Shown here piece after piece: positions 36,901 through 49,737 of a stretch of DNA of 64,000 bases (positions are counted from its first letter, which is position 1; every line of letters begins with the position of its first letter). Source of the stretch: Orbicella franksi. Lineage: Eukaryota. The notes below the pieces were generated by a model. The model saw only the letters and a list, made by a program, of their open reading frames with translations, was not told the origin of the DNA and searched no databases. The stretch lies in the NCBI GenBank assembly GCA_964199315.1, contig OZ116699.1, positions 1,302,001 to 1,366,000 of the forward strand, read 5' to 3'. A program made the translations under genes and the position numbers.

Positions 36901-39004
36901 ATGGAAATGAAACTGTCTGCTCTTAAATATCGTCGTTTGACGCTCGTAAAACAACTCGAATATTAAGCTAAGTTCTATTCTGACGTTGTTACTGCGTAAT
37001 GTTTTCCTTACCTACTGCTTTTCGTTTTTGTTTTGGATGCACATGTTTTTGACTCCATATTTTTGCCCCGATTACCACCATCACCTTTGGCCGACTTTTG
37101 TGTTTGGAATTCTCAAATGCTAACAAGATTACCTGCATTTGTCGGTACTTTAACCCAAAATTGCGTTGTAAGCTTGCGTATAAGGTCAGAGAGTGCCAGG
37201 ACATAACAATTTCGTTTGCGTTAGACTGAATTTTTTTTGTGCGAGGAGCATATTGGCACTTTGTTGTCCCTTACAACACTTATTTTTAAAGGTATATTCT
37301 GTTTCTTACCTTTGTGCCGTCTTCTCAGCTCTCAAATCATCTTCATCGTCTAAAAGCGCTTGACATGTCGCTCAAAGATGACACCCATTCGTTTGTCTCC
37401 AACAATTAATGAAAAGGCATAAAAACTTGTTTTGACCGCATCAGCCAATCCCCATTAAGCAATGTTGTCGGTTTTCACAGTAACCTTCAATGGGATTCAG
37501 ATAAAAAAGTCCCTCATTACCCGAATCGTAATGATGACGCTGAAGCAATTTCCTGCTATTGTGTCACCATTCACTGATATGCTGTGAGGCGATTTGAAAA
37601 CACTGCGTAGCTCTATTACAGTTTAGAAATTACAAGGCCAGAAGAAATTCAAGGCCAGAATTTATCATAATTATTGTTTTAGGGCTGGCGGTGGGGTTTT
37701 CTTCGTTTTTACCTTTTTTTTTTAATGGACTGTGCGGCCGACATATAGTCAGGATAAAAAAAATCTGTAAATATTTATTCTGTCTTTTTTGGATAGAGGT
37801 CATTCTGCATATGATCAAATTCAGTTGTTGCTTTTTGACGGAGCGAAAGCGGAACATCAAAAGAATGATTTAGCTCTGTAAGGGAAAGCGAGCAGCAGTG
37901 AAAAAAAGTGAAATAATCCTCGACAAAAAGAATACCAAATGCGAAGAGAAATGCTCAAAATTCGAGTTAAGCAAGAGAGTAAAAAGGATGCAAATTACTT
38001 TGTCTTGCTACAGACAATCAGTTTTCACAATAAGCCCACCAACCACACAGATGGACAAGATGTTTTTTTCTTAGAAGTTCATTTTCGCCATAAAGAATAG
38101 CGCTCCAGTTTATCATAACAATGTGACACCTTTTTCGAATGTTTCCATTTGTTTCGCGGCTAAGATATAAATAGAAATATTTTGCCTTCGGTATTTGTCA
38201 TAATGTTCCGTCAGCCTTTGATAATATACATGTATCGGTGTAGTGATTCTTTAAGAAACAAGGGACCTTGTTTTCAAAACATAGTTACTGTACCGTTGGC
38301 TCCCTGCCTATGTCTTTTTACGAATCATGAAAGTTACATCTCTTGTCGTCTGGAGCGTAAGGGGTCGTTGCCATGGTAGAAAAACAGGTGACGCCTTTTA
38401 CGTTTAAAAACTGGAGTAAGTGTTTCATTATTTAAAATAAACATGCAGTTTACAAGTTCTTTTAAGATAAAGAATCTCCAAATACATGACAGGTTTGTTA
38501 AAGTAATAGTGTCCTTGAAATGCGCACGCGCCGAACGATATCTGTTATCTTTCAAAATAGTAAAATTAAATCACCAAGCGACAAGAATCTCTGCTCTTAT
38601 CTGCTCTCATTTGAAATTGTTTTTTGAATACAACTGCCTTTTATCTTTTAAACATAGCACGCCGGTAGTTTATTAATAATGGTCGTTTCATTCTTCTGAA
38701 GAATTAAAGTAAAACGATACAATTTGGATTTCGATACAAAGCTAGATTTTGATCTTAAGGTTTATTGTCTCAGAGTAACGATGGCAGGTAGCGCTGAGGC
38801 AAATCCAATACTAAGAAAGAAATTGGTGAAAAGACGACTGTACATTTGCATTACGATTCCTATTTGTCGTTATCTCAGGTGGGTACAACAAAGGAAAACT
38901 ACAATACAAACCGAATATCCTTTTGTAAGCTTTCGTTGTGCGCAAGGTTACAAATTCAACCTTCTTTCAGACTGCCTTCGCAACGCCGCTGACAAACGCC
39001 TCCC

Positions 39005-39170
39005 GGGGGTAGTAATGGTCCCAGCCACATACAAAAAATACATTTTAAACCTCCCCTAAGCGAGCGCCTCTTTTGGGAGGACACTCAGCAATGATCCCAG
39101 CCAAATACAACACTGCATTTTTAACCTCCCAATAGCGGACACCTCTCTTAAGCGAAAAGTTTTTCTGGTT
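39005..39170. mobile_element. Degenerate repeat with internal ~70 bp duplication, possible Tc1/mariner-type MITE remnant
   Basis: atggtcccagccacatacaa..attttaaacctccc.taagcg is repeated as atgatcccagccaaatacaa..atttttaacctcccaatagcggacacctct. Confidence 0.45.
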
Positions 39171-39778
39171 CCGATTGTGCACTTGTCCGCCACATACTGC
39201 TGTGCTCATAAATCGAGCTTTGTAAATAATTGTTCTGCGCAGATTGTTATAATATCGCTGATGAAAAAGGTGATTTCATCAGAGTTGAACAAGCTAATTT
39301 GTGACTTCAACCAACACTTTCGATTTAATGTGACTCATTTCCAATTTGGGACCCTTTCACTAGAGTACCGTACACAATTTGCATAGCCAGTAATGAGAAA
39401 TGAGTCGCAGAGTTTCAAAGCGGCCGGAGAAGGCTACTGAAGGGTAACCCTGGGTAAAACACTTGCTTGCTAGGACTTATATGAAAAACAAGCTTACTAT
39501 CAACTGTCAAAGGACCAAATTTTTCTCTCGCAGCAGAGATAATGATCCCATTTGTCTTAACGAGTCAAGGAGAGTTATCAAGCATAATTTAGATCATGTA
39601 ATTCACTTATTTGCCATTGGTTTCCTTCCTTATTAATCCGCAACTGAGCCAAGATGGAATAACTTTTTTTTAACTAATGTCTAGTGAATATATATTTTCT
39701 CATGCGAAGCGAGGCAAAGTACAATACATTCCTGGAATTTTGGTTTAACGCTGATTAGTCAACATATCAACAACGCTC

Positions 39779-40786
39779 TTAAAAGTGAGTTCCCAGACTG
39801 AGCTCTGTCTGATCCGTAGTTGTTTCAGCTCTTCCTCGCAAGCGGCAACAACGTTTTCGTCCAAATAAGATAATGCAAAATGCTTTCCTGAACTCCTTGT
39901 TCATGCAAGCGTAAACGATGGGGTTGAAAACAGAGTTAGAGTAATGCATCCATTTTGCTACCACAACGGAATCGGGCGTAACGCATCGAGTACAGAATCC
40001 GTACACTATGTTTATAATGAAGAATGGCCCCCAACTGATGACAAAGGCGCCCATTACAACGGCTAACGTTTTCGCGGCGCGCATCTCCGACGCCAATAGG
40101 AAGTTCTTGACGTTGCCGTTAATCATGAGCGCTATTTGGCGCGCTTGGAAACGCGCCGTCTTAAATATAAACCTATAAGTGGTACACATGATGATGAGTG
40201 GCACAAAGAAACAGCTAATGACCACCATTAGCTCGTATTTCGGCGGAGGCAACTTCCATAGGATAATCTTGAGCGACGACATAATGATGGAAAAAATCCA
40301 AATGATGATTATGGTAGTTATTGCCTTTACTGACGTCATTGTGGTGTGATAACTGAGCGGGTAAGTGATGCAGAAATATCTCTCTATGCTAATTGCGGTC
40401 AGGTTTATAATGGAAGCAACTCCGCAAAGGATATCCATAAATGTCCAGACTTTCAGAAGGCCTTGTTTGAGTTCTACTCCTGACATGAGATAAGCAGCCC
40501 ATATCGGCATGGACACCAATGCTATCAGGATATCAGCCACAGCTAACGACACCACGAAATAGTTTGTCACTGTGCGAATCTTTGTATTCCTCTTGAAGGC
40601 GAGAATGACCAGCGCATTCCCAAACAATGTCATAGTCATAATAAGAAGCAGAAAACTGAATGAGAGAATGTTCAGTGGATCGTTCAGGTCACCAGCCGAT
40701 GAACCATTCTGGAACATTCCGGGCTTTGATGCATTTGTGTGGTTCATTACTTGAACCTTCTCCGCGGCCGCCGTGGGCGATGCCAT
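39779..40786 (-). CDS. Aminergic-like class A GPCR (GPCR3), single coding exon, 335 aa, paralog of GPCR2
   Basis: NHT/NAS/NGS sequons, LFGN, RTVTNYFVVSLAVAD, FMDILCGVASI..IERY (D3.32), FFVP, SWGPFF, KWMHYSNSVFNPIVY. Confidence 0.95.
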   Translation of the reverse strand: MASPTAAAEKVQVMNHTNASKPGMFQNGSSAGDLNDPLNILSFSFLLLIMTMTLFGNALVILAFKRNTKIRTVTNYFVVSLAVADILIALVSMPIWAAYLMSGVELKQGLLKVWTFMDILCGVASIINLTAISIERYFCITYPLSYHTTMTSVKAITTIIIIWIFSIIMSSLKIILWKLPPPKYELMVVISCFFVPLIIMCTTYRFIFKTARFQARQIALMINGNVKNFLLASEMRAAKTLAVVMGAFVISWGPFFIINIVYGFCTRCVTPDSVVVAKWMHYSNSVFNPIVYACMNKEFRKAFCIILFGRKRCCRLRGRAETTTDQTELSLGTHF

Positions 40787-42604
40787 GACGATCTTTACAC
40801 TGCAAACAGCTTTGAAGTCTTTAACTGCCGATTTACTTTTGGAAAATGAGCACTACTTCCGACCGGCTGTCAGGAAATAATGTATTGCTTCTCTTACCTT
40901 TTGACCTTTATTGTGTTCCTGTTTACAACTTGCTTTAATGTTTGCTTGTGCCCTTAGCAGAGGACTTTCAGTTCCAAATTGACCCTAGTCGATGACTTTG
41001 AAATTCCGCGGATCTTTTGTTACTCCAGTAACATTTCTTCTTTAGTTTCTCGCTTCAACGTCTGCAAGGGATATTTTTTTAATCCTGTAATAATTTCAGC
41101 AGCTTCTAAATGTTGACGGAGCCATTTTGTGAAGTCATCTGCTGAACAAAAAGGTCTGAATCAGTAAAATGAACACAAGGCTATTAAGTGAGGTTCTTAG
41201 TGTGTTAAATGTCATTTTATTTCGCATCACATAAAGACCTAAGAGGAATGAAGCTAATTTCCCTAATCACTTAATGATCGATTCTGTCCAGTTAGAAGAA
41301 GCGGCTACAGATTATCCAATAGCACGGTAATCCTCTTGAAGACAGAATGAATACCCTGTGTCCTTCAATTTGTTTTTATGACAAATTAAAATTTGTCGAC
41401 TCTAGTTCAGAGCTGAATCAAAACTTTACGGTTACCTTTTGGTTGCTTATAAAATTTGCCTTCTGTAGTAAGACAAAAATTCCGGCTGAATTTGTTTGAG
41501 TTCTTGGTGCAAAAGTGGCTTCATTTTCTGAAGAACAGCCGCCAATTTTACATTAAAAAATAGATATAGAATGGATTAGTTGAACAATGGCACCGACCAC
41601 CGACCATATAAGAAAATATTGACAATATGACTATTGTCATATTACACGAGCATTTACCGCTGTCAAAATTCAGATTTAAAAATATATTCAAATTTTAATT
41701 AAGCGAAGAGACACTACAGAAGTATTTTTGAAGAGACATTACAGAAAAAGGTTTTTGTTTACGGTCTTCAGTTTCATCAGGAAGAAAAAGTGGGACACGA
41801 AATGTACTTTTTTCCTCGAAGATGAGAATTTATGAAAATTTAAATTTGAGTGCAATATGAAGCAAATATACACCGCAGTTAATATTGTTTAATTAAGTAA
41901 ACTTATGCGAACGTTGCTGTGAGCATTATAATTAATTAACACAGGGCAGAATTCGATGGTTTGTCGGCTTAATATACTGCAAGACCTGTCTGTTATGCAA
42001 AATATCATACGAGGTATAATTACAACAATTTCAACCAATGAGATGGCGAGTTGGTTATAAACGTCTCCTATTCAGCAAGCGCGAACGAAAATAAAAAAAG
42101 CAAAATAAAATAAATAGCTACTTTTAGCTCAAACGTCTTGCCTAGATAATTGGTTTACGCCTCTTTTTTTACTTTGTGGTCTCATGGAGGGCGTTAAAAT
42201 ATGCTCTATGTAGTCTTAGCTCACCACTGGAAAACCTTTCGGACGTTGTTTAAGTGTGGGTGGAGAGAATAATATTGAAAATCGTGCTGTTGCGTATGAC
42301 GTCATAGGATTCATAAAAAACAAAATCGTCGCCTAAGCAATAAGTAAAGAGTTATGTTTAGCTGTAAAGCAATAGAGGTCTTAGGCAAATGTACTTGGCA
42401 AGGTGCTAATTCAAGCATCAAGAACTGTGATAACAGTTTGCAACTGAGCACAGAATTTACCAGATCACGATTATTCGTCTGGAGAAAAGGAAGACTGTTA
42501 AAGAGTAACCCCGTTACTAAAATCGTTTGAATTTTGCTAAGAAAAATAATAATAGTTAACAATTAAAAGGAATGGAAGAGCACTTTAGCCTCGGAAAAAT
42601 TGCA

Positions 42605-42826
42605 AGTTAGCCATTTGGCCTCACTTGGCTATCTGGCCTGATCTTGACTATTTGGCTGGATTTTGGCTATTTGGTCTGATTTTTGAAATTTAGCTTGATT
42701 TGGCAATTCGGCTTGATTTTGGCTACTTGGGCTAATTTTACCTGTTTGATCTGATTTTGGCCATTTGGCCTGATATTAGTCATTTGGTTTGATTTTGGCT
42801 ATCTAACTGGATTTGGCCATTTGGCT
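42605..42826. repeat. Degenerate ~19-20 bp minisatellite (TTTGGCTATTTGGCCTGAT-like)
   Basis: Repeating ttggctatctggcctgat / ttttggctatttggtctgat / ttttggccatttggcctgat / tttggccatttggc. Confidence 0.75.
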
Positions 42827-44826
42827 CTCTAGGTAAAATTAAAAGCAGGTTTTTGAAACGTCAAATTGGCCTTCATTTTTTTAAATTTTATTTCCATCGG
42901 TGATTTTCTTGTTTCATTTATTCTACCAAGCTATAACTCTGTTGCGTATGTTGAAACGTTTCCGTCGTACATAGTAGTTTGGCAAACCTCTTGAATATTT
43001 GTAGCCCTAAAGATGAGAAGAGTTACGAGTAAATATAGTGGCTATATAGATTCTGCATTTTTGTGGTACCAGGTACCATAAGTGTCTGATTGTTTTAAAG
43101 TCAGAGAGCGGCTGTTTTTACCTGTTAACGTTTGTTTTCAAGGCCAATTAATTGAAGGCCGCATGTAGGTGGTAAACTTTCTTTTTCTGCATTAGCTCAG
43201 CGAGCCTAAGGCTACCAGGCTTTAAATTAGTAAATACAGCCATGAATTCGAAAGTATATAGCTGGAAAATAATTAGCCATAAAGAACACTGAGACTTCCC
43301 TAACCCTGAATCCATACTCCATACTCGCTGATAAGCTCAGCTAGCGACTATAAAGTATGCCAAAATTTCTTTTTAAAAGGCAAATTTTGTTTGCAAATTT
43401 GTAGCGGTCGCTAAAATAAAAGACTTAAGTATTCCTCTTTTTTAAATCCAGGACCTATGTGCTTTTAAATGAAGAAAGCAAGAACATCTTGAGGCACTTT
43501 GCAAGAAAAAAGCGGTGATGTCCCATGTTTTATCTAAAATCATCACTTAGCAGAGTAACAGAACAAGTTCATGACTCGAGAGTCGTCGAAAACAGCCAGA
43601 AATTTCCAAATTATCCTGCCTTTGCTTAACTTCAAACTGCGTCATGATAGTATAAAATTTATCGCGTATTAATTATTTGCAAGCATCCGTTTCTCCTGTA
43701 TGTAGATGTACATGGTAATATTCGTAGCACAGTTGTATTGCGGCTAAATTGACTGCCGAAAATGATTGCTTCAAGCACGTAAAGAAACATCTAGATTTTA
43801 AACAGATTGAGATAAAATCTCACTTATTTGAAAGTAAATAGGTCGTTCGTGTCGTTTATTAGGAAGCGTTCGATGGATAATTTTAATATTAACAAGGAAA
43901 CGCGCCGCATTCTAAAAAAGAACCGACTGCCTGTGGCACTCCAAGAGGTCACCAAGTTTTGATGTTTCAGTTTTTAATTCCTCATCAATGAAATTGATTT
44001 TCATCACAGTTAGCACTTCATCTTCGTTACTCAAATGACAAATAAATTTCTCTCCATTTTTATCAATGAAACATGTGGAAATTAACAATCCATCAGGCTA
44101 AGCCAAGGTTACAATCGATGTTATTAATCATCCTCAAGCGATTTTCCCGCCATAGACAAAACACGACCCTTTCCAGATAATGCCTTTAAAAAATTGCTTT
44201 TTTACAAACATTTTAAATGACTTCTTTCAATTTCAATTTTTTATGGCTAACACTAGGCCTTTAGTTTTTAATTTCTCTTATGTTTATACTATGGACGTTC
44301 TAGTATAGCAACAATTTTTCTGGAATAATATTGAAATGTTTTCGGGTAAACATATTTTTTAATGCAGGTTCATATTCACATATGTCATATCTCGGAGCGT
44401 TGCTAGTGGCGCAGCTGTGAGGAGGTAAAGCTTTAAATTTGCTCACATAATTTCCTGAACAAGGTAGTCCATAATCCGATCCGTTGAATCAAGATAACAT
44501 TGTCGAGGAAGTCTTTCTTACGACATGACAAAGCCGCTATAAATGACGTGGAACTAATCAATAAACAATACTGCCTTGCAGATAATAACAAATGCTGAAT
44601 AAATTAATTGTCGACAATTTTGAAAACAAAATGGCTTATTTATAATGTTGCCTTTTCGACAAGTTAGCTTAGAATTCCAAAAGTAGTATTATAAATTAAG
44701 TAGTTGATAAACTGCAAAATGTTTTTTTTTAATATTTCAGTATTTTACCCAAAGAATGATAAACACTTGCCAAAATTGAATAATGACTATTGAGCTTAAA
44801 ACAGGCTAAGAATAATAAAGGAAAAT

Positions 44827-45068
44827 AATAGACCATTTTACAGTTGTCTGGTCAGTGACCTGGCCTTTGGATGGCAGCGAGGCTGCAGGTGACCTTGTTT
44901 TGATACAGACCTCAGTGCTTTTGTTGTGTAAATCAAGTTGTTCTTATGCTAAGTAGTTTGCATTTAAATGAGAAAAGCAGTGAGGTCTGTATCAAAGCAA
45001 GGTCACGTCAAGCCTCGCTTACATTCATAGGCCAGGTAACTAAGCACACAACTGTAAAATGGCCTATT
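44827..45068. mobile_element. Palindromic MITE, 242 bp
   Basis: AATAGACCATTTTACAGTTGT ... ACAACTGTAAAATGGCCTATT TIRs, with internal symmetry (ttgatacagacctc / gaggtctgtatcaa). Confidence 0.85.
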
Positions 45069-47651
45069 GACGGTCGGTCGCTTGCATCGCTTCCACCTTT
45101 TTCTCATAAAGTCTCTCAGCATTGTCCCGAAGGGGTTTCATAACATAAAAAGGAATATTAAATGGAATAATACGCGATCATTGAAATTCAGTCATATTAT
45201 TTTAACAGGCGGGAAATGGAATGAAAGAGTGAGAACTCGACAAGAGGAAGTTTCAGGCTTTGATATTGGTTACGTAATCGGGGCGCCGATTTTATCAAGG
45301 GTAGAATCGCATTGTGATATTTTGTCGCGTTAGGCTCCATCCCATGCTGTTCTTCCTTCTTTAAACCGTTATAATCATTAATGATCCTGCTGAGCCAGAG
45401 CCAGGAGCCGAGATCAGCAGAAATTAACTGAGAATATTTACATACAAAGAACATGAAATAGAAACATTTTGCCCCGTATTTTTAAATTTTATGCCAAATT
45501 CTGCGCCATATATTAAATACGCCATTTCGTACAGACGTCTAGCAACGATCTGAAGTTCAGCAACTGAAATGAAACTCTGCTCTTAATACAGAGAAGGAAA
45601 GAACTACAGATGAGCATTTAGGGATATCCAGTGTTCGCAAAGGATGAAAAAAGAAAATGCTTTCATAATCACAAGTGTATATGTGTTTCCAAGTACCTCC
45701 CGTTTGACCAGCAAACTGCAAAACGACATAAAATTTACCTTCTACTTAAGTCCTGTTCCACTGAAGACTGATATTCAGGTTTTGCACGTAATAGGTTTAT
45801 GCACCTCTCTCTTTAAGGCTTTTTGCCTTTCAGTAATTTGATTTTATTATGACTGTGTCGCTTGAACAGACGTTTATCAATGTGTTTCGTCAGATGCAGA
45901 GAGCTTACTTTTATGAATAGATTATTTTAGCTTATTTTCTTCTTAACATTGGAGCCTTGATGTAGTTGGTAATGAATGACTTGATTGATAGCCGCCATAG
46001 TACTTGTACCTTTTATCAACAAAATAGAGGATGTTTATATAATGTTTCTTTAATTGCAGGTTTCGATTCTTTAGAGCTGAGCTTTTTAAGGCAGTAAAGA
46101 CCTTCAAATTGGAGTAACGAGTGTTATACATAACATGAACTAGTTGCATGAGGTAAGAAGTGTGTTTTAATGTACCTGGCATATAATTATTCAGCGTCTT
46201 ATGTCGCAAAAAACGTCTCTAGCAATACGCATGAGTTACCGCGAGTCTGGAAAGCCAATTTCCTGTCATGAACAGTTCAGTTTTATACATAGACAGATCA
46301 ACAATGCTGTAACATCATCTTGGATGCAAATAAATTGCTGTAAATTTGGGAAATTGTAAAATTTGCTGTAATTCTACGAAATTGTGTCGCTTCATTATTT
46401 TTCCGTAATTCTACAATAAAATAGCCCACTCAGACCCTAAATTGGTTAGAGGCGCCAAGCATTCTCATCACCTCAATGATTTATTCCCGGGGGGTACTTT
46501 GGTTGGGACGAGTTGTAAAACGCTCCTCGAAATTGATGTATATTTTATTTCATTAATTTTTGTATGAAGTCTATCTCAGGGACACTTATGAATGTAAATT
46601 CCTAACTTTTACGACGCGTTTCCTGTTGGAGCATTTTAATTCCTTAATAAAGTTTTTGACTGCGAAATTTCCAGTTAATCATTGCCTATAGATCTATCTA
46701 TTGTCGTCAGAGATAACCTTTCATATGATCTCTGCGTCAGGAAAGACAATATTGTAATTTCGCTAATTTTCCTTCTGTTAACGTAATTTTGAAAACTTAC
46801 TTGGGGTACCACTTCAATCTACCCTGCTCTCTCGGCTAACGTACCGAGCTAAATCGCGCACGACAAAGAATTTAGATCGATTATGTAAGAATGTGTTTCA
46901 TAGCATGCTCACAGAAATTTACGGAGGGAATCGATGATGTGAAAACTGACTTCAACAATTCATTCAAATGACCTGTATGAATAAGAGAAAGTCCTTTCAC
47001 CCTAGCCAAACGCATTTTGACTAATGGAACCGTAGCTGTCTTCAACTCTACGCGTGTATTTGGTGCAGCAGCTTGGCTAGTAGGCATAAAAGCATTCATT
47101 TCATAAAAATTTCATTACATTTTCTACTGATTGTTTACACAAAAATGTGAAGGAAATCTAAATGTGCAACAAAAAAAAAATCAAAATAACAAAAACAAAA
47201 ACGTGAAAGCAGAAATGTACCGTTCAAGGGCGAAGAAGAAAACTGTCTTGTGGCAATGAAACAAACCAAAACATGATTTAGGTAGTTTAATCTGCAATAT
47301 GTCTCTATCTATATTTAAGGGTGTAATTTAGATCAGGTTCCAGGTTAATAGTGTCTGGTTGAAATTTTAGGCTGGAAGATTCATGAATATTTCATATTTA
47401 AGGATGCCATCAACTCTTGCTAGCTCAGTGCATTGTGTGTTATAATATGGTTCTCAACAGCAGTAGCTGGAGTGTCGTGAGATACCGCGGCTGTTTTTTT
47501 GTTGAGGCTTACAGTGAATCGAATAATGTTCGCTAGCACCACAGCAACACTCCATTGCAAATAGACGTGCATTCAATAATGAACCACTTCCAATTTTTGC
47601 TTTTGTTTTTTTAATTTGCAAAGCGAATCCTGGTGTAAACCCTCTTTCAAA

Positions 47652-47715
47652 ATACAAAGTTTGGCTTTGAATTTAATAATACAAAGCCTGGCTTTGAATT
47701 TGATAATGCAAAGCT
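47652..47715. repeat. 27 bp tandem repeat, ~2.3 copies
   Basis: aatacaaagtttggctttgaatttaat / aatacaaagcctggctttgaatttgat / aatgcaaagc. Confidence 0.75.
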
Positions 47716-49706
47716 TGCATGGCTTACTACCTGTTCATTTTCATGCAAATCAAACAAGTTCATTGAAGATGTTTTGCACTAGGACAAAAACTAAAGGCAA
47801 CACGGAAATGAGCTATTATTTCGATTATCACTGAACAATATGTTGTGGAAATTATTATAATAACAAATATTGGCTGTCGATTGCTTCGCTTTGAAATCTA
47901 TTTCCGACTAAGATTATCGCTGCAGACACGCTACAACTTTTTTTTTTGCCTGATTAGATGGAACATCTATCTGGTCTCACTAACTAAATCGACGCAACAG
48001 CCATTGCGTAAATGTACTCTTAAGTGTCTAGAGATGGATGGATTTTCGCAATAACGGCAATTTTGGGCTATGTGCATGTTAACCAGCATAAATTCCAAGG
48101 CGGGGACATATTTATTGTAAGCGTGGTCTTTGTTCGTCTAGTGAAATTTTCATGGATACTGGAAAACTATAAATTTTTGCGATTGCAGCAAAATGTTCAG
48201 CTTTCTTGTAGAAACGATGTTTTGAATTGTTTTCCTATCATCTGCATTACTTTGAGGCTTCGACATTTTGCAGGCAAATTTTGTTCAAGCAGTGAATGGA
48301 AAAGCACAAGACGTCACCGCGCAGTCAGTGCTGGAAAGTTCGGTAAAATAGACACTAAGTAGAATGATTCCCTGACAGGTCTCGAGCGTTTAAGCGATTG
48401 AGAAGCTTCAATAAGATATTTCATCCGTGTCTTCCAAAATTCGAGCAAAGTTCATTGATGCCTCTTTTGATAAAGTAAAACAAAAAAACTTCTGTCTTAT
48501 TCAGTGGATCAAGCTTAGGTTAAGAAATGGGTCAAATTAAAATAAGCCTTTGATATCGAGAGGATAAGACTCAGCTTTAGTCAAAAGTAATGCTTCATCT
48601 CCTACCTCGAGTGGTTGATGCATGTTATTCAGTCCAATTCTGAAATAAAATTCGCTCAGTGATGAGGGGTTCCTCTCTCGCTGTCAGTTTTGAACTGACA
48701 CTCTTGCTCGGCTGGCCAACTAAGTTTTTCTGTTTCCAGGGCAGCGCCGCAGACGAGCCATGGAATCAGTCGAGGTTATAACAATGCGTAATCATTCTTT
48801 TGACAGCCGTTCTTAAACTTAATAGCAAGAAACTTCCGCAAACCCTTAGGGAAATACACTGTTTTCTTCCAATAATTTTATCCGTATACTAATCAAATGT
48901 CATTAAGGTATTAGACTAGAATGAAGTGTACCGCAGCTAAGTTATATCATCAGCGATGTAGAGCTTGATCAACAGTACAAATGCATTAATGCAATTTTTT
49001 TTGGAATGAAGCCCCGCTAAATATACTTCCGTGACAGAATTCACCGTTTTGAAATAAAAGAAATTTAAATACAGTACAATAAAACCAAATAAAATAAAAA
49101 TGCAGTATTATATTCATCTTTATGACTAATAGCTGACGCCATTCTTAAATAACTATCAGCAATTAATTGTTAACGTTCCGTCGAAAGACAATTGTTTATG
49201 ATTCTTCGCCGAACCCGAATTCTAAAAACACGAGAGCCTATTTGTCATATTTTGAACTGCGTTTTATGTTGCACAAGTGATCGGGCTCGTAAGTGTTTGT
49301 CCAGCAGCTGATTTCCAGGGTGCACTTTTTAAGCAAAATATCCTTATTCAAAACAAATATAGGATTTTGCGGTGTCTTAAAGCAAGCGTTTAATTGTGTC
49401 ATTTTCCTTGGCCGTGTGAACCAACAGACAGCGTTGTTCAGGTTGTTGGCGGCAGGGCAGCTTTGAAAGGCGACACTTTTTCAATCTGAGGCACAAAGTG
49501 AATCAGCAATTATCCATAACTGTCACTTTGAAGTAGAAAAATTATAATGATTACTTGCCGTGTAGTTTCCCCTTAAGGCGCAATATGATGAAAAAAGTAT
49601 TGCGTCTTCATTTTTGTAAGTTCACTCTTTTTATTTTATAAGAATATGTAAAAAGTCGAGGCAGAAATTTGCGAAATTTTAATAAGAATATTTTAAGAAT
49701 ACTCTG

Positions 49707-49737
<31 letters not shown>

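Noticed and set aside
24823-40786. Opsin identity for GPCR2/GPCR3 because of a TM7 lysine
   Set aside because: The Lys is at 7.39; the retinal-binding position 7.43 is Tyr in both.
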